From Oscillatoria sp. FACHB-1406 (GTDB lineage: Bacteria; Cyanobacteriota; Cyanobacteriia; Cyanobacteriales; Spirulinaceae): a stretch of 64,000 nt of DNA. The translations under genes were made by a program, and so were the position numbers. The stretch is from positions 280,633 to 344,632 of the forward strand of contig NZ_JACJSM010000001.1 in assembly GCF_014698145.1 (NCBI RefSeq). The letters are read 5' to 3'. The notes beneath the pieces were generated by a model. That model searched no databases. It saw only the letters and a list, made by a program, of their open reading frames with translations, and was not told the DNA's origin. This document shows, piece after piece, positions 50,975-60,541 of the stretch; positions within the stretch are counted from its first letter, which is position 1; every line of letters begins with the position of its first letter.

Positions 50975-52063
50975 CTAGAACGAAATAATCAAATATCCCT
51001 CTTGGAATTTTGCGCCTTTAACGGTTTGTCCGCGCAGTTGGGGCGGAAGGTCGATATTGCGCCGTTGGTCGCCAACTTCGATGGTGACATCAGGGCCGTT
51101 TTGGGTCAGTTTAACTTGCTTTTTGTCGAAGCCGGGAAGAAAAACTTTGACTTGACGTGCTGCCACATCTACACTGATAGGTCTCGGAGCATCGCCGACG
51201 GCGCGCAAGTTGGGGAGGGCATCGATTAAGGGCTGCCAGTCGTTGTCGCGATACTCGGGCAGGACGGTTAGGGGAAGGGGAGAGAAGGGGGTGCTATCGA
51301 TCGCGCCGCGATTCCCCAGAACGCCAGCAACGGTTAAATCGACTTGTTGAGCGCTACCCCAGAGGAATTTAGCCGTCGCCAAAGCGAGGGGATCGGGGGT
51401 AGTGACGAGGTAAGCAACGATACGATTGGGATCGGCGAGTGCATCTTTCCCCGCTTGCAGGAGATTATTCGCTTCTCGCGTCGGTTGGTCTGTGAGGTCG
51501 TCGAAAGACCAGGAAGTATTGAGAATAGCGGCGGTAACGGGGGCGACGAAGGGGGAAATGCTGCGTCCTAAATCCGAATCGAGGAAGACTTGGCGGAAGC
51601 GACGCAGATACCAACTGGCGTTTTCCGGTACGCCGACAGCGCGCAACATAGCGAGGTCGCCAGTCCCGTCGTAGATAATGACATCGTAGATTTTAGCCGC
51701 ATCGTACTCGCGCAGGGCATAAAAATCGAGGGCTGCGTCCATTCCCGGCAGTAGGGCGAGTTCTTGCCCGTAGACGTTGCGCAGCGTGGGAGAACGGAGG
51801 TATTTCGCCTCGAGTTGTTTGACCTCTTCCCAGCTTTTATCGATTAGCGTTGTGGCTTGTAGTTGCACGGCGGTTAGGTTTGCGCCGATCGCTTGCGGTT
51901 CTGCCGTTAGCGGTACGCCGAGGAGTAAACTCGTGGCGGGAGTGCGATCGCTACTCGCAAAGAGAACGCGCGTTCCTTGTTGGGCTAATTGCTTGGCAGC
52001 CGCGATCGCGATTGTCGTGCGTCCCGTGCCGCCTTTACCGAGAAAGGTAATAATTTGAGACAT
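50975..52063 (-). CDS. ArsA/GET3-family P-loop ATPase with a C-terminal Hsp20-like domain
   Basis: Deviant Walker A FLGKGGTGRTTIAIAAA. Confidence 0.7.
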   Translation of the reverse strand: MSQIITFLGKGGTGRTTIAIAAAKQLAQQGTRVLFASSDRTPATSLLLGVPLTAEPQAIGANLTAVQLQATTLIDKSWEEVKQLEAKYLRSPTLRNVYGQELALLPGMDAALDFYALREYDAAKIYDVIIYDGTGDLAMLRAVGVPENASWYLRRFRQVFLDSDLGRSISPFVAPVTAAILNTSWSFDDLTDQPTREANNLLQAGKDALADPNRIVAYLVTTPDPLALATAKFLWGSAQQVDLTVAGVLGNRGAIDSTPFSPLPLTVLPEYRDNDWQPLIDALPNLRAVGDAPRPISVDVAARQVKVFLPGFDKKQVKLTQNGPDVTIEVGDQRRNIDLPPQLRGQTVKGAKFQEGYLIISF

Positions 52064-52141
52064 GATTTTCTTTTAACAAAGGAGAGGGCAGGTTTTCTGC
52101 ACTCGCTCCGACCTGCCCTTCAAGTTTATCGTTGATTATTC

Positions 52142-52360
52142 TTAAGCGGGTTTGAGTTCGTCCTCAAAAAACCAGTTTTCGCTCTTGTCGTCAAATTTAA
52201 CGATCGCGCCAACCCCGCTCCCGTCGGTCATTTTGTATTCTTTGATCGTGCCGACTTTGCCCAGTTTTGCTGCCACTTCTGTCGGAACGCGGTCCCTAAA
52301 GCGGTACACTTTCACTCTTTGCCCGATTTCCATTCTTCTTTCACTAAAAAAACAGACCAA
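52142..52360 (-). CDS. small conserved protein, possibly NdhS-like (SH3/KOW-like fold)
   Basis: GQRVKVYRF...GAIVKFDDKSENWFFEDELK resembles the NdhS pattern V.V....gkaAVlFe.gNWdklvtF.lsELE. This is a weak assignment. Confidence 0.3.
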   Translation of the reverse strand: MVCFFSERRMEIGQRVKVYRFRDRVPTEVAAKLGKVGTIKEYKMTDGSGVGAIVKFDDKSENWFFEDELKPA

Positions 52361-52404
52361 TACACAGTTTAAGCCAAAAGGACTCTGGGAGCGAGGGGGA
52401 GATT

Positions 52405-52720
52405 GGGGGAGGGGGTGAATAATGAATAATGAATGATGAATAATGAATAGGGGGAGACGAGGAGACGGGGTGAATAATGAATGATGAATAATGAATAGGG
52501 GGAAACGAGGAGACGGGGTGAATAATGAATGATGAATAATGAATAATGAATAGGGGGTGAGGGGGTGAGGGGGTGACGGGGTGAATAATGAATGATGAAT
52601 AATGAATAGGGGGAGACGAGGAGACGGGGGGACTGGGAGACGGCGCTTCGACTTCGCTCAGCGCACCGGGAGACTGGGTTACAAATTACGAATTACGAAT
52701 TACGAATTACGAATTACGAA
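52405..52720. repeat. complex tandem array: about four 48-bp units (TGAATAATGAATGATGAATAATGAATAGGGGGAGACGAGGAGACGGGG) followed by (GAATTAC)5
   Basis: Visible periodicity. The array ends at the pyk stop codon. Confidence 0.65.
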
Positions 52721-54139
52721 TTAGATCGTGTGAATTTTGAGGAAGTTTGTTCCCCTGACCTGCTGGACTGGACTGCCGCCCAAGATTAATATCTTATCGT
52801 TCGCTTGCACCATTCCGCGCTGTTGCAAGCACTCCTCGATCGCGATGACGAGAGATTCCACCGAGGCGATATCTTGCTCCAACAGAATCGGGATCGCGCC
52901 CCATACTAAATTGAGGCGATGATAGACGCGGGAATCGGGAGTGAAAGCCACGACGGGAACTTTCGGGCGCTCGGCGGCGGCGAGTTTGGCGCTGTATCCC
53001 GTGGTCGTGTAAGCGCAGATATAGCGCAAATCGAGGATTTTGTCAAGGGTTGTAATCGCTTCGCTTAAGGCGTGGGGATCGGTGATTTCGTCCGGTGGCA
53101 GATTGTCGAACTGAAGTTCCGGTTCGATGGTTGCGGCGATGCGTCCCATCATTTTTACCGCTTCAACCGGGAATTTCCCCACGGCAGATTCTCCCGACAG
53201 CATCACCGCATCCGTCCCATCCAAGATCGCATTGGCGACATCGCTGGCTTCCGCGCGCGTCGGACGGGCATTTTCTATCATGCTTTCGAGCATTTGCGTG
53301 GCAGTAATGACGGGAATTCCGGCTTGATTGCAAGCGCGAATAATTTTCTTTTGCAGGAGGGGGACGCTTTCGGGTTTGAGTTCTACGCCTAAATCGCCTC
53401 GGGCAACCATAATGCCATCGCACACCTTCACCAGTTCCTCGAGATGATTAATGGCTTGGGGTTTTTCGATCTTGGCAATGACGGGCGTATCGAATGCGCC
53501 TCTTTCCTGCAAAAAGTCTTTGAGAATGCGGATATCGTCGGCACTACGCACGAAGCTTAACGCCACCCAGTCGATTCCTTGTTCGAGACCGAATTCTAAA
53601 TCTCGGCAATCTTTTTCGGTCATTGAAGGCAGACGCAGGTTTAAGCTGGGGAAATTGACTCCCTTACGACTTTTCAGCAAACCGCCGCGAACCACTTTAC
53701 AGACGACGTTGGGGGGTTCAACCGCGATCGCTTGCAACTCCAATTGTCCGTCATCAAGGAGAATCGGCATTCCCGCATAGGCTTCTTCCGCGACGAAGGG
53801 ATAATCGATGGGGATAACTCCGGGATCGCCGTCAAACTGTTCGAGGGGAACGAGGGCAATTTCCGAACCTTCTTCCAACGCGATCGCGCCGTTCGGAAAC
53901 TGCCCCACCCGCACTTTCGGCCCCTGCAAATCTTGCAGCAGCGTCACTGGCGCATCTAATTCTTCTGAAATCTCTCTAAGCAGTTTAACGGTTTTGGCGT
54001 GGTCTTCGTAGCTGCCGTGGGAAAAGTTCAGCCGCGCCACTGCCATTCCCGCTTCAATCAGTTGGCGTATCACTTCTGGACTATTGCTAGCTGGGCCGAT
54101 GGTAGCGACGACTTTGGTGCGATGGGATAAGGGCAACAT
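52721..54139 (-). CDS. pyk: pyruvate kinase
   Basis: [36 protein letters not shown] ... [10 protein letters not shown]. Confidence 0.9.
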   Translation of the reverse strand: MLPLSHRTKVVATIGPASNSPEVIRQLIEAGMAVARLNFSHGSYEDHAKTVKLLREISEELDAPVTLLQDLQGPKVRVGQFPNGAIALEEGSEIALVPLEQFDGDPGVIPIDYPFVAEEAYAGMPILLDDGQLELQAIAVEPPNVVCKVVRGGLLKSRKGVNFPSLNLRLPSMTEKDCRDLEFGLEQGIDWVALSFVRSADDIRILKDFLQERGAFDTPVIAKIEKPQAINHLEELVKVCDGIMVARGDLGVELKPESVPLLQKKIIRACNQAGIPVITATQMLESMIENARPTRAEASDVANAILDGTDAVMLSGESAVGKFPVEAVKMMGRIAATIEPELQFDNLPPDEITDPHALSEAITTLDKILDLRYICAYTTTGYSAKLAAAERPKVPVVAFTPDSRVYHRLNLVWGAIPILLEQDIASVESLVIAIEECLQQRGMVQANDKILILGGSPVQQVRGTNFLKIHTI

Positions 54140-54494
54140 TCGTGAAGAGTGAGGGGCGAATCGGTAAATCTGTGTTTCGCCACTCTAGCAAATGCGACCT
54201 AATTTGTCTGTGTTAATGCTTACTGAAAAGGTGGGAGTTGACACCAACGATCGCATTCGCCCGCGCCGTATACTTCACGCCGACACAAAATGCTATATCG
54301 CTGTTTTTGAGGGGATGAAGTATACCAGATAGGCGCAAGCCGCCGCGCCTCTAACCGTTGTGTTTTTGAAGGTGTATTCGATCCCAATTCTCAATCGCGA
54401 TCGCTATTCAATCGAGATTGACTTTCGTTAGAAGATATTTTTAAGTCGAAAAATTAAGAGGGCATAGCAGTGCTATGCCCCTACGTTTTTATTT

Positions 54495-54822
54495 GATTCC
54501 ATTCAATTGGTTTCTCCAGCGAGTGGAGAAGACACAAAATGTATTTGATTCCAATTACTCCAGTTCCGTTTCCATTCAATTGGTTTCTCCAGCGAGTGGA
54601 GAAAAATAGCGGGCGCGCCACAGGATGCTGAGATTGCAGTTTCCATTCAATTGGTTTCTCCAGCGAGTGGAGAAAGTACAAGCCTACTTGCTAGCAAAAG
54701 ACTATCGACAGGTTTCCATTCAATTGGTTTCTCCAGCGAGTGGAGAACCTCGTTGTTCCGTTTGCCAACAATGTTGCCCTTGTTGTGTTTCCATTCAATT
54801 GGTTTCTCCAGCGAGTGGAGAA
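54495..54822 (-). CRISPR. orphan CRISPR mini-array of 5 repeats and 4 spacers. The repeat is GTTTCCATTCAATTGGTTTCTCCAGCGAGTGGAGAA (36 bp); spacers are 37, 35, 37 and 39 bp. The first repeat (54495-54530) is degenerate. No cas genes lie within the window.
   Basis: Four identical repeats at 54568, 54639, 54712 and 54787, plus one degenerate copy. Internal hairpin TTCTCCA-gcgag-TGGAGAA. Strand is inferred from the degenerate distal repeat and from the reverse complement ending ...ATTGAATGGAAAC. Confidence 0.85.
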
Positions 54823-55398
54823 GGCTACCCTTTCAAAGCCTCACCCAGAGCAAGTTCCAGATGCGGTTTTCGAGGGGGTGCTTCTATCATACCCTGAAAC
54901 CTCAAAAAAGACTCGCGTAAAACGGCTGAAAGCTTTACTGGGAGGAATATCGAGGGGGTCAACGAAAGAATGCGGGTTTCAGCGATTTTCCGACTCCCTC
55001 GCAAACTGATGATACAAAATCGATCGCGAGGAAAAAGGCGCGGCGGGCTGTAACGTTGACTCCCCAGTTGTTTCGCGGCGGTTGGTGCGTTTTGGGCGCG
55101 CACCCCACGGCGACGGCGCAATGCCACTCTGTGCGGTACAAAGGGCGCTTTTTCGTGGCAATCTGTTATTTGTCTCAATAAGCCAATATCCAAAATATCT
55201 ATCTAAATCGGTTATATCCTTTAAATGAAGGGCATCTTAGTGGCTGGGTTACAAGATTCAAGATATTGTCTTTTTAGAGAATCTCTCAAAAGTAGGCGAA
55301 ATGAGGAGGCTAGGGATTTTGGATTCCCCAAATCCTGCGACGAACTTTCGAGCCACCTATCCCGACTCTATTGTTAAAATGAATCGGACTCCGGCTTC

Positions 55399-55580
55399 TA
55401 TAGCAGTTTTTACGTGAGTGAGGTACAACCAATGGGCGCAAGCCTTGCGCCCCTAACGATTTGATTTACAAAAGATTCAGGGAAAATCTCTCCTCTTTGT
55501 ACAACCAATGGGCGCAAGCCTTGCGCCCCTACCGATTTGATTTTGGAATCTGTACCTCACGCATAGGAAAAACGCTATAT
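55399..55580. repeat. MITE family A copy 2, with the internal hairpin module duplicated
   Basis: TATAGCAGTTTTTACGTGAGTGAGGTACA ... 2x CAATGGGCGCAAGCCTTGCGCCCCTA(A/C)CGATTTGATTT ... TGTACCTCACGCATAGGAAAAACGCTATAT. Confidence 0.6.
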
Positions 55581-55600
55581 CCGTAAGGAATCTTAAAAAA

Positions 55601-55720
55601 CCTCTCCCCGTCCCCCCGTCCCCCAGTCTCCCCGTCCCCCCGTCCCCCCGTCCCCCAGTCCCCCCGTCTCCCCAGTCCCCCAGTCCCCCAGTCCCCCCTC
55701 ACCCCCTCTCCCCACCCCTC
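55601..55720. repeat. STRR1-like heptamer array (CCCCAGT/CCCCCGT/CTCCCCGT) immediately upstream of the 1274-aa ORF
   Basis: About 14 consecutive C-rich heptamers. They explain the spurious Gly-rich reverse-strand ORFs at 55529-55934. Confidence 0.7.
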
Positions 55721-55722
55721 CC

Positions 55723-58700
55723 ATGCAACGAAAGTTAAAACTTTTCCTGGGATTATTTGCACTAACAGCCCTTATGATTGGTTGTATTGGTCGAATTGAC
55801 CATACGGAGGCTGTTGCGTTGTGTCCCTCAGTTGCAATTAGCAGCAGTCCTCCCTTAACAACTATTGCGCCCAATCCCCAACGAGAACGCCTCAACCTCA
55901 ACGGGATTTGGCAATTTATCCCGGTGACGGGCAAACGGACGGAACAAGCACCAGCCCAAGACTGGGGAACGATTCGCGTTCCGGGGGATTGGCAGCAGGA
56001 AGGAAACGATAGCGTTCCGGGCGTTATCGATCGCGGTAAGGGAGAAGCTTGGGCGAATTTTGCCGGCCGCAGTTTGGAGAAAGCGTGGTATCGTCAGAAA
56101 CTCAGCATTCCCGCCAATTGGCAAGGGCGCGCGATCGCGTTGAATGTTAAGCGCCTCAGCACCGATGCTAAGGTGTATGTGAATGGGAAAAGCTGCGGCG
56201 ATATTAGTTGGCCGGACGGCGCGATCGATATTAGTTCCCTCGCAGAACCGGGCAAAGAAAATACCCTCGATCTTTTTGTCGCTGCGATCGCGGATGAAAA
56301 GGATAAACTCGTCGTCATGAGTCCCAACGAAATTCGCACGGAAAAAGCGGATAAATCGATGGATTCGCGCGGACTGATCGGCGAAGTTGAATTATTAAGT
56401 TTTCCGAACAATGGGCGCATTAATGACGTTTTTGTGCAGCCTTCGGTTCGCCAAAAACAGTTAAAAATTGCGGTAGAACTGGAAAAAATCGCGCGGGCGG
56501 GAACGGTAAATTTTACCGCCCAAATCTTTAACGAACAAGGGCAAATCGAGAAAGAATTTAGCAGTTCTGCCCCCGTTAAAGCGGAAGAGGTGCAAACGGT
56601 CAATTTATCCTGGAATTGGGAGAATCCGCGCTTGTGGGATGTCGGACAGCCCAACCTTTATACGGTGCGATTGCAAGCCAAAGGCGAAGGAATTGCGGAC
56701 GAGTACGACCAATCCTTCGGTTTTCGGGAATTTTGGATTGAAGGGAAAAAGTTTTTTTTGAACGGGACGGAAATTCGCCTGCGTCCGACTTTACACGAGG
56801 ATATATGGCGGGGCTGGGCGGTGGGACTGCCGCAAGTGGCGGAGGCAGCGATCGCGGGTTATGTTAAAACCGGCTACAATATCGCCGAACTCTGGCCCTG
56901 GAATTATCGAGAACGCGGACGCTGGCATTTTCGCGAGATTTTCCTCGATCGCGCCGACGCAAAAGGCTTCCCGGTTATCGCCCCCGCCCTCGATGCGATC
57001 CCCTACGCCGATGATTGGAAAAATAAACAGGCGAGTTGGGAACCGGAAATGGCCGCCGAACTGCGACGCGATCGCAACCATCCCGCCATTCTGATGTGGG
57101 CGAACAGTCCCAACTACTTCGGCCATAGCGACGACCAAAACCCGCGCCGCATCGGGATTAAAGACTTTGCAGGCGGCTTGAGTGAAAACGAAAACAGCCG
57201 CGTCGCCCAAATTAAACCCGTCGGCGAGGACGCGATCGCAACCATCAAAAAATACGACCCCACGCGCCCCGCCTTCCTGCACCAAGGCGCTTTCATTGGC
57301 GACGTTTACGCCCTCAACTCCTACCTCAACTTCACCCCCCTCCAAGAACGCGAAGAGTGGCTGTCTAATTGGCAGCAAAAGGGTCAAATGCCTTATACGA
57401 TCGTCGAACTCGGTACGCCCTTACATACCTCCGCCATGCGCGGACGCAACGGTTTTGGAGGCGCGATCGTCAGCGAACCCCTGATGACGGAATTTAGCGC
57501 CATTTACCTCGGAAAAGAAGCCTATAACCTCGAAACGCCAGCCTATCGCCAAAAAATCCGCGATTTCTTCGTCAAAGACCAAGAATACAAAAACTGGCAT
57601 AACCAAGGCGAACTCGACTTTGCCCCCGCCTTCCAAAAAATCCAAAATCTTTTTAGTACCAATACTTGGCGCAGTTGGCGCACTTGGGGCATCACCGGCG
57701 GTATGATTCCCTGGAATGAAGGCCACGGTTGGGAAATTACCTCCACCGGACGGGAAAAAATCGCCCCTCCTCCGACACCCCTAGAATCCCGAGGCCCTCA
57801 CCTCCGTAAAGTCGATCGCTATCTCCTCAATCCGCTGCAACCGCCCGCCCAAAAGATTCATCCCGGCGGCGAAGCCATCATCGCCAACGACGGATCGATT
57901 CTCGCTTGGATTGCCGGTAGCACTAAAGCTTTTGTTGAAAAAGACCACAATTACAACAGCGGCGATCCGTTGGAAAAGCAAGCCGTCCTGCTTAACGATA
58001 CGCGCCAAACGCAAAGTTTTTCTTTGAATTGGCAAGTCAATATCGGCGGAAGAAGCATCGCCACGGGCAAAGAAGCGGGCAACATTGAGGCTGCAAAAAC
58101 CCTCTTTTTCCCCATTAACGCCACCTTACCAAAGGTTAGCGCTAAAAGTAACGGCGAGATTATTTTAACGGCAAAGATTGGCAATTTTCCCGAACGGAGC
58201 GATCGCTTTCCTTTCCGCGTTTTCGCCAATCCTCCCGCCGCCGATCGAACCCTCACCGTTTTCGATCCCGTCGGCAAAACCAGCAAAATGCTGCAACAGT
58301 TGGGTTATACGGTTAAAGCGTGGAACGGGGGGACTGCCGATGCTCCCATTATTATCGGACGCGAAGCACTCTCGCAAGCCTCCGCCGCCGCCACCTTGCA
58401 AAACCTAAAATCTCAAGTTGCAAGCGGTGCAAAAGCCGTTATTTTCTTGCAAAAGCGCGAATGGTTGCAAGATAAACTCGGTTTGCGCGTTGCCCACCCC
58501 CTCAGCCGCCGCGCTTTCCCCGTTAACGCCGATCATCCCGCGATTCAAGGCTTGGATGCGGAAGATTGGCGCGACTGGCGGGGCGAAAGTACCCTCATTG
58601 AAGCCTATCCCGATACGACTAAAAATCCGGTGAAAGCTAGCCCGCAAGGATTGCCTTGGTATGGGTGGCATTGGGGCAATCGCGGGGCAGTTAGCAGTGC

Positions 58701-59547
58701 TGCGATCGAAAAACCCCACTATAGCGGCTGGCGATCGATTTTGGAAGCAGAATTCGACCTCGCTTACAGTCCTTTAATGGAGTTGAATTACGGCAAGGGG
58801 CGCTTGATTTTCTGTATGTTAGATGTGGAAGATCGTTTGCAAGATGGGGCAGCGCGTCAATTTGTCGGTCAATTGCTCGATTATGCGGCGACTGCACCCG
58901 AATTTTCTCGCGCTCAAAATGTTGTTTTGATTGGCAGCGAAAATGATGCAAAGTTCCTCAACAATTTTGGCGTTGTTTATCAATCAGCAACAACGCTAAA
59001 GGATGCCAATCTAGCGATTATTGGGGCAGAGGCAACGGTTAGCGATGCCGATTTGCAAGCTTATTTAGAACGCGGCGGTAAGGCTTATTTCTTGCCGAGA
59101 AAAACGGCGATCGCGGGAATTAGTTTTAAGGAAGTCGAGCAATTCAACGGTTCTCTAAACGTTCCCCAATGGCAAGAATTAGCCGGAATCAGTGCCTCGG
59201 ATTTACGCGCCCGCAGTTCCTATAAAACAACTTTAATTGCTTCCGGTGGCGAAGTCGGTGCCGATGGGTTATTGAGTCGAATTCAAAACGGAAAAGGAGT
59301 CGCGATTTTCTCGCAACTGAACCCCGACGGATTGAACGCCGACGCACAAACCTACCTTCGTTATACTCGCTGGCGGCACAGTCGCGCGATCGCGCAAATT
59401 CTCGCCAATCTCGGCGCAACCTTTAATACCGATGCAAAAATCTTTGATGCGATCGCCGGTACGCCATCCACCCAACCTTTTTATCATTCCGACTATCGCA
59501 CGGATTTTGAGTTAGGCGACGATCCCTATCGGTATTATCGATGGTAG
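55723..59547 (+). CDS. large lipoprotein with a GH2-like (beta-galactosidase/mannosidase-type) N-terminal sugar-binding domain and a TIM-barrel region
   Basis: Lipobox LTALMIGC. GH2-like LNGIWQF...DWGTIRVPGDWQ...ALNVKRLSTDAKVYVNGKSCGD, FGFREFWIEGKKFFLNGTEIRLR, RRDRNHPAILMWAN. Confidence 0.55.
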   Translation: MQRKLKLFLGLFALTALMIGCIGRIDHTEAVALCPSVAISSSPPLTTIAPNPQRERLNLNGIWQFIPVTGKRTEQAPAQDWGTIRVPGDWQQEGNDSVPGVIDRGKGEAWANFAGRSLEKAWYRQKLSIPANWQGRAIALNVKRLSTDAKVYVNGKSCGDISWPDGAIDISSLAEPGKENTLDLFVAAIADEKDKLVVMSPNEIRTEKADKSMDSRGLIGEVELLSFPNNGRINDVFVQPSVRQKQLKIAVELEKIARAGTVNFTAQIFNEQGQIEKEFSSSAPVKAEEVQTVNLSWNWENPRLWDVGQPNLYTVRLQAKGEGIADEYDQSFGFREFWIEGKKFFLNGTEIRLRPTLHEDIWRGWAVGLPQVAEAAIAGYVKTGYNIAELWPWNYRERGRWHFREIFLDRADAKGFPVIAPALDAIPYADDWKNKQASWEPEMAAELRRDRNHPAILMWANSPNYFGHSDDQNPRRIGIKDFAGGLSENENSRVAQIKPVGEDAIATIKKYDPTRPAFLHQGAFIGDVYALNSYLNFTPLQEREEWLSNWQQKGQMPYTIVELGTPLHTSAMRGRNGFGGAIVSEPLMTEFSAIYLGKEAYNLETPAYRQKIRDFFVKDQEYKNWHNQGELDFAPAFQKIQNLFSTNTWRSWRTWGITGGMIPWNEGHGWEITSTGREKIAPPPTPLESRGPHLRKVDRYLLNPLQPPAQKIHPGGEAIIANDGSILAWIAGSTKAFVEKDHNYNSGDPLEKQAVLLNDTRQTQSFSLNWQVNIGGRSIATGKEAGNIEAAKTLFFPINATLPKVSAKSNGEIILTAKIGNFPERSDRFPFRVFANPPAADRTLTVFDPVGKTSKMLQQLGYTVKAWNGGTADAPIIIGREALSQASAAATLQNLKSQVASGAKAVIFLQKREWLQDKLGLRVAHPLSRRAFPVNADHPAIQGLDAEDWRDWRGESTLIEAYPDTTKNPVKASPQGLPWYGWHWGNRGAVSSAAIEKPHYSGWRSILEAEFDLAYSPLMELNYGKGRLIFCMLDVEDRLQDGAARQFVGQLLDYAATAPEFSRAQNVVLIGSENDAKFLNNFGVVYQSATTLKDANLAIIGAEATVSDADLQAYLERGGKAYFLPRKTAIAGISFKEVEQFNGSLNVPQWQELAGISASDLRARSSYKTTLIASGGEVGADGLLSRIQNGKGVAIFSQLNPDGLNADAQTYLRYTRWRHSRAIAQILANLGATFNTDAKIFDAIAGTPSTQPFYHSDYRTDFELGDDPYRYYRW

Positions 59548-59625
59548 GCGCGATCGACAGCCAAAAAGTTACGCTTTCTGGCAGACAGTTAAGACAATAA
59601 AGCGATCGCGCCACCATTTAACGCG

Positions 59626-59693
59626 CTGTGGTGGGCAAAGGCAGATATTGTAATAAAAAACTCATATTCACTTCCTTTGCCCACCCTACAAGG
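59626..59693. repeat. 68-bp hairpin repeat copy A (stem GGTGGGCAAAGG / CCTTTGCCCACC, about 32-nt loop), about 80 bp after the lipoprotein gene stop
   Basis: 94 percent identical to 60542-60609. Confidence 0.6.
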
Positions 59694-59746
59694 TTACTTA
59701 TTCATTGTCACTCCACTCCTTAAGAAGTAAAATAGGTTTAGAGAAA

Positions 59747-60105
59747 ATGTATTCGATTGAGTACACGAGATCGGCATTAGCAGATTTGAAGGTGTTTCGT
59801 AAAAACGAGCAAAGATTGATTCTAGATGAAATCGATCGACAATTCGTTAACGAACCGAAGCTAGAAACAGCTAAGTAGGAGGGTGTAAAAAAAGTGCGAT
59901 CGGATTCGTAGGGGCGGGTTTAGATAAAACCCTTGCTATGAGGTAAATTTAGCAGTCAAAACCCGCCCTCTTCAAGTTAAGGTTATTTTCGTCAACCTAC
60001 TTAAAAATTGATAAGTTTCGAGTATTTTATGATGTTTTTGATAATTTCAACCCTGAAGTCATTCAAATTGTAAAAATCGAAGCAGTGGGTTATAAAAAGC
60101 ATAAT
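59747..60105 (+). pseudogene. RelE/ParE-family toxin gene disrupted by a frameshift or indel and by MITE-A insertion at its 3' end
   Basis: N-terminal part MYSIEYTRSALADLKVFRKNEQRLILDEIDRQFVNEPKLETAK then stop (59747-59878). The C-terminal part lies in another frame: ...KIDKFRVFYDVFDNFNPEVIQIVKIEAVGYKKHN (about 59990-60100) and runs directly into the MITE. Confidence 0.45.
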
Positions 60106-60112
60106 CCACTTT

Positions 60113-60265
60113 ATATAGCGTTTTTCTTTTGTGTGAGGTACGGATCCAAAAATGAAATCGGTAGGGGCGCGGATTTCGAGGTCGCCTCGAAATTAAACGC
60201 CGCCCCGTAGGGGCGAATGGTATTCGCCCGCTGGGTGTACCTCATTCATGTGAAAACCGCTATAT
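60113..60265. repeat. MITE family A copy 3 (full-length TIRs ATATAGCGTTTTTCTTTTGTGTGAGGTAC / GTACCTCATTCATGTGAAAACCGCTATAT)
   Basis: Longest TIR match of the three copies. The internal module is GGGGCGAATGGTATTCGCCC. Confidence 0.6.
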
Positions 60266-60286
60266 TCGAGGTCAGGAGTTCGAGTT

Positions 60287-60532
60287 ATGAAAATTATCAA
60301 TATTTCCCTAGATTCTAGCGATTTAATGACTTTATTAGCCGAAGCTAAAGAAGACAATCTCCTGTTAAGAACTGCCGATGGCTCGGAATTTATTCTCGCC
60401 GAAGTCGATAACTTTGACCGAGAACTCGAACTGACGCGCCAAAATCTAGAGTTGATGGCATTCTTAGACGAACGGGCTAAAGAACAATCCACTCTTTCTG
60501 CCGCAGAAGTTCGTGCGGAACTTGGATTGTAG
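60287..60532 (+). CDS. small acidic protein, possibly a Phd/YefM-like antitoxin partner of the decayed toxin
   Basis: 81 aa with antitoxin-like size and acidic C-terminal half. Followed immediately by hairpin repeat copy B. The assignment is weak. Confidence 0.3.
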   Translation: MKIINISLDSSDLMTLLAEAKEDNLLLRTADGSEFILAEVDNFDRELELTRQNLELMAFLDERAKEQSTLSAAEVRAELGL

Positions 60533-60541
60533 GAGTTCTGA

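Noticed and set aside
54625-54920. Plus-strand ORFs of 89-90 aa spanning the CRISPR repeats (and minus-strand ORFs 54825-55193, 54959-55161)
   Set aside because: They read through repeat-spacer units, with periodic repetition of FHSIGFSSEWR from each repeat. These are artefacts of the array.
54823-55398. Possible cas-gene remnant or leader between the CRISPR array and the MITE
   Set aside because: Six-frame translations give only short Arg/Gly-rich fragments with no Cas1/Cas2/Cas6 motif that I can recognise. It may contain the array leader, but I cannot delimit one without comparison to other arrays.
55529-55934. Gly/Trp-rich minus-strand ORFs (77 and 113 aa) upstream of the lipoprotein gene
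   Set aside because: They are produced by translating the CCCCAGT/CCCCCGT STRR array (GDWGTGG repeats). They are not genes.
56094-58951. Multiple 60-200-aa antisense or out-of-frame ORFs inside the 1274-aa lipoprotein gene
   Set aside because: All are nested in a single long ORF with GH2-like domain order. None has a motif.
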